Source: Marsupella aquatica (Eukaryota > Plantae > Marchantiophyta). From it: a stretch of 64,000 nucleotides of DNA. This document shows positions 61,572-64,000 of the stretch, in pieces. Below the pieces are notes generated by a model. It saw only the letters and a program-made list of their open reading frames with translations, did no database searches and was not told where the DNA came from. The first letter of the stretch is position 1; every line of letters begins with the position of its first letter. The stretch spans positions 3,752,211 to 3,816,210 of the forward strand of contig OZ316897.1 in NCBI GenBank assembly GCA_973895155.1. The letters are read 5' to 3'. The position numbers and the translations under genes were made by a program.

Positions 61572-64000
61572 ACTTTGGGCTCTACTGCATCGCTGGTAAG
61601 AATCTCCCAGCACTCTATCTAATATCTTGTGAGAATGAGCAATGTAGGCAGCACCTCACAGTCTTCACAAAGTGGCAGCTTACAGGGCAGCAACTCATAA
61701 AGCATCGGCTCACAGAGCACCAACTCACAGAATGTGCACCTCGACCTTGATGCACTCAAGGGGCTAAACTACTCGGAGAAAGAAAAACTAGATGGATCAA
61801 AAACAATTGTCAGTTGGTCCTTCATTTGAATGACAATTTTGGAAGGACAAGGTCTGGTGGGAGCTTGTCAACCCAGACACATCAAATGAGTGCAGCTAAC
61901 TCCACAGCAACGCAAGGAGAAGATTGAAAGGGCCATCTACATCTTCTCAATGACGGTAAAGGATCACATTATCCCCATTGTCAAGAAACATATCGATGAT
62001 CCTGCCAAGCTTTGGGTTCAACTGAAGAGTTATTTTTAATCAGCAGTCTTAGGCAAACAACTTGTATTGAGAGCTAGATTATCTAGTCATGCAGCTATTT
62101 GACATCGATTTTGAGATTGAAGATAAGGAGCTCATCCGCATTGCTCTCAAAGGCCTGCCAAACAGCTAGAGACCATTCATATCTTCATTTAGCACCATCT
62201 TGCATCAGTTTCCCAAGCTCACGTTTTTTGATCTTATTAGCCACCTGGAAGCTGAAGAACTACAACGCACATTGAGCAAAAATACTGAAGAAGCACTGGC
62301 TGTTACCGTCAACAGCTATCGTGGGAGCTCCTCCCGTGGGCGAGGCCGAGGAAGGAGCTCTAGGGGCAGAGGAAGCACCCTCCTCACATGTCAAGAAGCA
62401 AGAGTCCTGAATTTTTGTGGCTTCAGCCATTTCCGGGAAAGTGACTATCTCAAGAAGATCGAAAGCCAAATCAAGGGTCTGCAGATAAAGCATGTTGACA
62501 TCAAAGTTGAACTCAGGAAGGGGAAGCACAATCAGGCTCTTGTTGCTGAAACTGTAGAGGCTGAAGACTACGGTTGGGAGGAAGAAGACACTAAAGAAAA
62601 TCTGGAAGTGAACTTCACGGAACTCAACATTAATGAGTCCCATAACAAGGACTGGCTCATAGATTCAGGTGCCAATGTGCATGTTATAGGAAGTAGATCA
62701 ACTCTTGATCAAGTAGTTCCCTACACTTCTGCATCCAATGTAACTACCGCCTCAGGGACTTGTGTCCCTATAGCTGGTAAAGACAACACCAAATCTGGTG
62801 TTAATAAAGTGGTGAAGAGAGTTTTGTACGTGCCTGGTATGACGAGAAATCTCTTGTCAACTGGTCAACTTGTTGATGCCGGTCACTCTATCTTGTTCAA
62901 CTCCAATAACTGCTACGTATTGGATAAGAAAGATCCTAGCAAAATCTTCCTTCATGTTGTTCGGGACAAAAATAATAGCTTGTATAGGCTAGATTCTTCT
63001 CTTCAGGGTAATGCCAAGTTGAGCACAGAAGCCAATCTCTCTGTACTTCATTCCTTACCTGCTCCATCCTCTATGGCTTATTCTTCACCTACTACATCAC
63101 TCATTCCTTTGGGACTTTCCTAATCAGCTCCGACAGTTGCACCTGAGTCTGAAGCAGAGTTGTCCCCACTTCAACTATGGCAGTGCAGATTGGGACACAT
63201 CAATTTTCAACGTATACACAACATGACCTCTGAGAACTTGGTGAATGGAGTTCCTCTGCTCCCACTAGAGAAACATTTGTGACACGTGTGTGCTAGAAAA
63301 GCAACATCGAGAATGAATTCCGAAGAAGTCTCACGTACACTAGAGATTCAAAATCACTCAAACTCATTCACACTGATCTATGTGGACCATTTGTTGTCCC
63401 ATCACTTACTGGTGCCAGATCCCTACTTACCTTCACAAACGACTAAGTACTCTCGTTTCACTTGGACATATTTCATTGCTGCCAAAAGTGAAACCTTCTC
63501 CAGTTTAAAGCATTCAAAGCCTCTGTTGAAAATGAATTCAATTGGAATATTACTTGTATTTGTTTTGATCGAGGATGAGAGTATCTGTCTACTGAATTCA
63601 ATCAGTATTGTGATCATAATGGAATAAGACGGCAACTCACAACAGCCAGGACTTCACAACAAAACGATGTTGCAAAGAGAAAGAATTGGACACTTTTGGA
63701 AACAACTAGAAGTCTCCAAATTTTTGGCCACATTCCTGATTTTCTTTGGGATGAACTGCTGAAGACTGCAACATTTATTCTCAATAGGTGCAAGACCTCT
63801 TCCTTGAATGCCTCTACACCCTTCGAGCATCTCAATGGTACCATACCTAATCTGTCACATCTTAGAGTTATAGGTTGCCTAGCATACGTCCATGTTCCTT
63901 GCGAATTCCGACACAAACTATCTGTCAAGTCCGTACATACATGTCTAATTGGATATGATGACAAATCAAAGCCTACCGATGTTATGATCCTCTTTGAAAG
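61572..64000 (+). mobile_element. Degenerate Ty1/copia internal region (gag, protease, GAG-pre-integrase, integrase), running off the window
   Basis: Gag remnants (ALKGLP, LISHLEAEE, RG-rich), protease WLIDSGANVHV, VLYVPGMTRNLLSTGQL, LWQCRLGHIN, integrase IHTDLCGP, SRFTWTYF and HLRVIGCLAYVHVP. Protease-then-integrase order; many stops and frameshifts. Confidence 0.92.

Overview
Eukaryotic nuclear DNA from a land plant, shown by GT-AG spliceosomal introns, plastid-targeted genes and plant transposons. A seed-free plant (bryophyte- or lycophyte-like) is my guess, not provable here. The left half (1-34.8 kb) is gene-rich: a coiled-coil ORF, a large multi-exon Pro-rich/vWA/helical-repeat gene, fibrillin FBN6, a secreted bulb-type lectin, a bacterial-looking Zn-dependent dehydrogenase with five introns, PSRP5 and the plastid dicarboxylate transporter DiT1, plus several small repeats (tRNA-headed SINE-like element with a nested MITE, tandem arrays). 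The right half is transposon-derived. First, a complete 17,043-bp CACTA element (34808-51850, TIRs and TGA target-site duplication) carries, upstream of and co-oriented with its transposase, a tandem-BRCT ORF, an EDM2-like PHD-finger ORF and a Cys-rich ORF, plus a captured RPL18a exon. Second, a decayed Ty1/copia element contains two nested ~4-kb TG...CA elements with perfect 5-bp TSDs. These have no gag/pol and look like giant solo LTRs that each encode a long protein. The best candidates for something new are the CACTA chromatin-reader/repair-adaptor cargo, the protein-coding solo-LTR-like elements, and a possible alpha-helix/polyproline-II hybrid stalk in the vWA protein. All family assignments come from motif recognition by eye; no searches were run.
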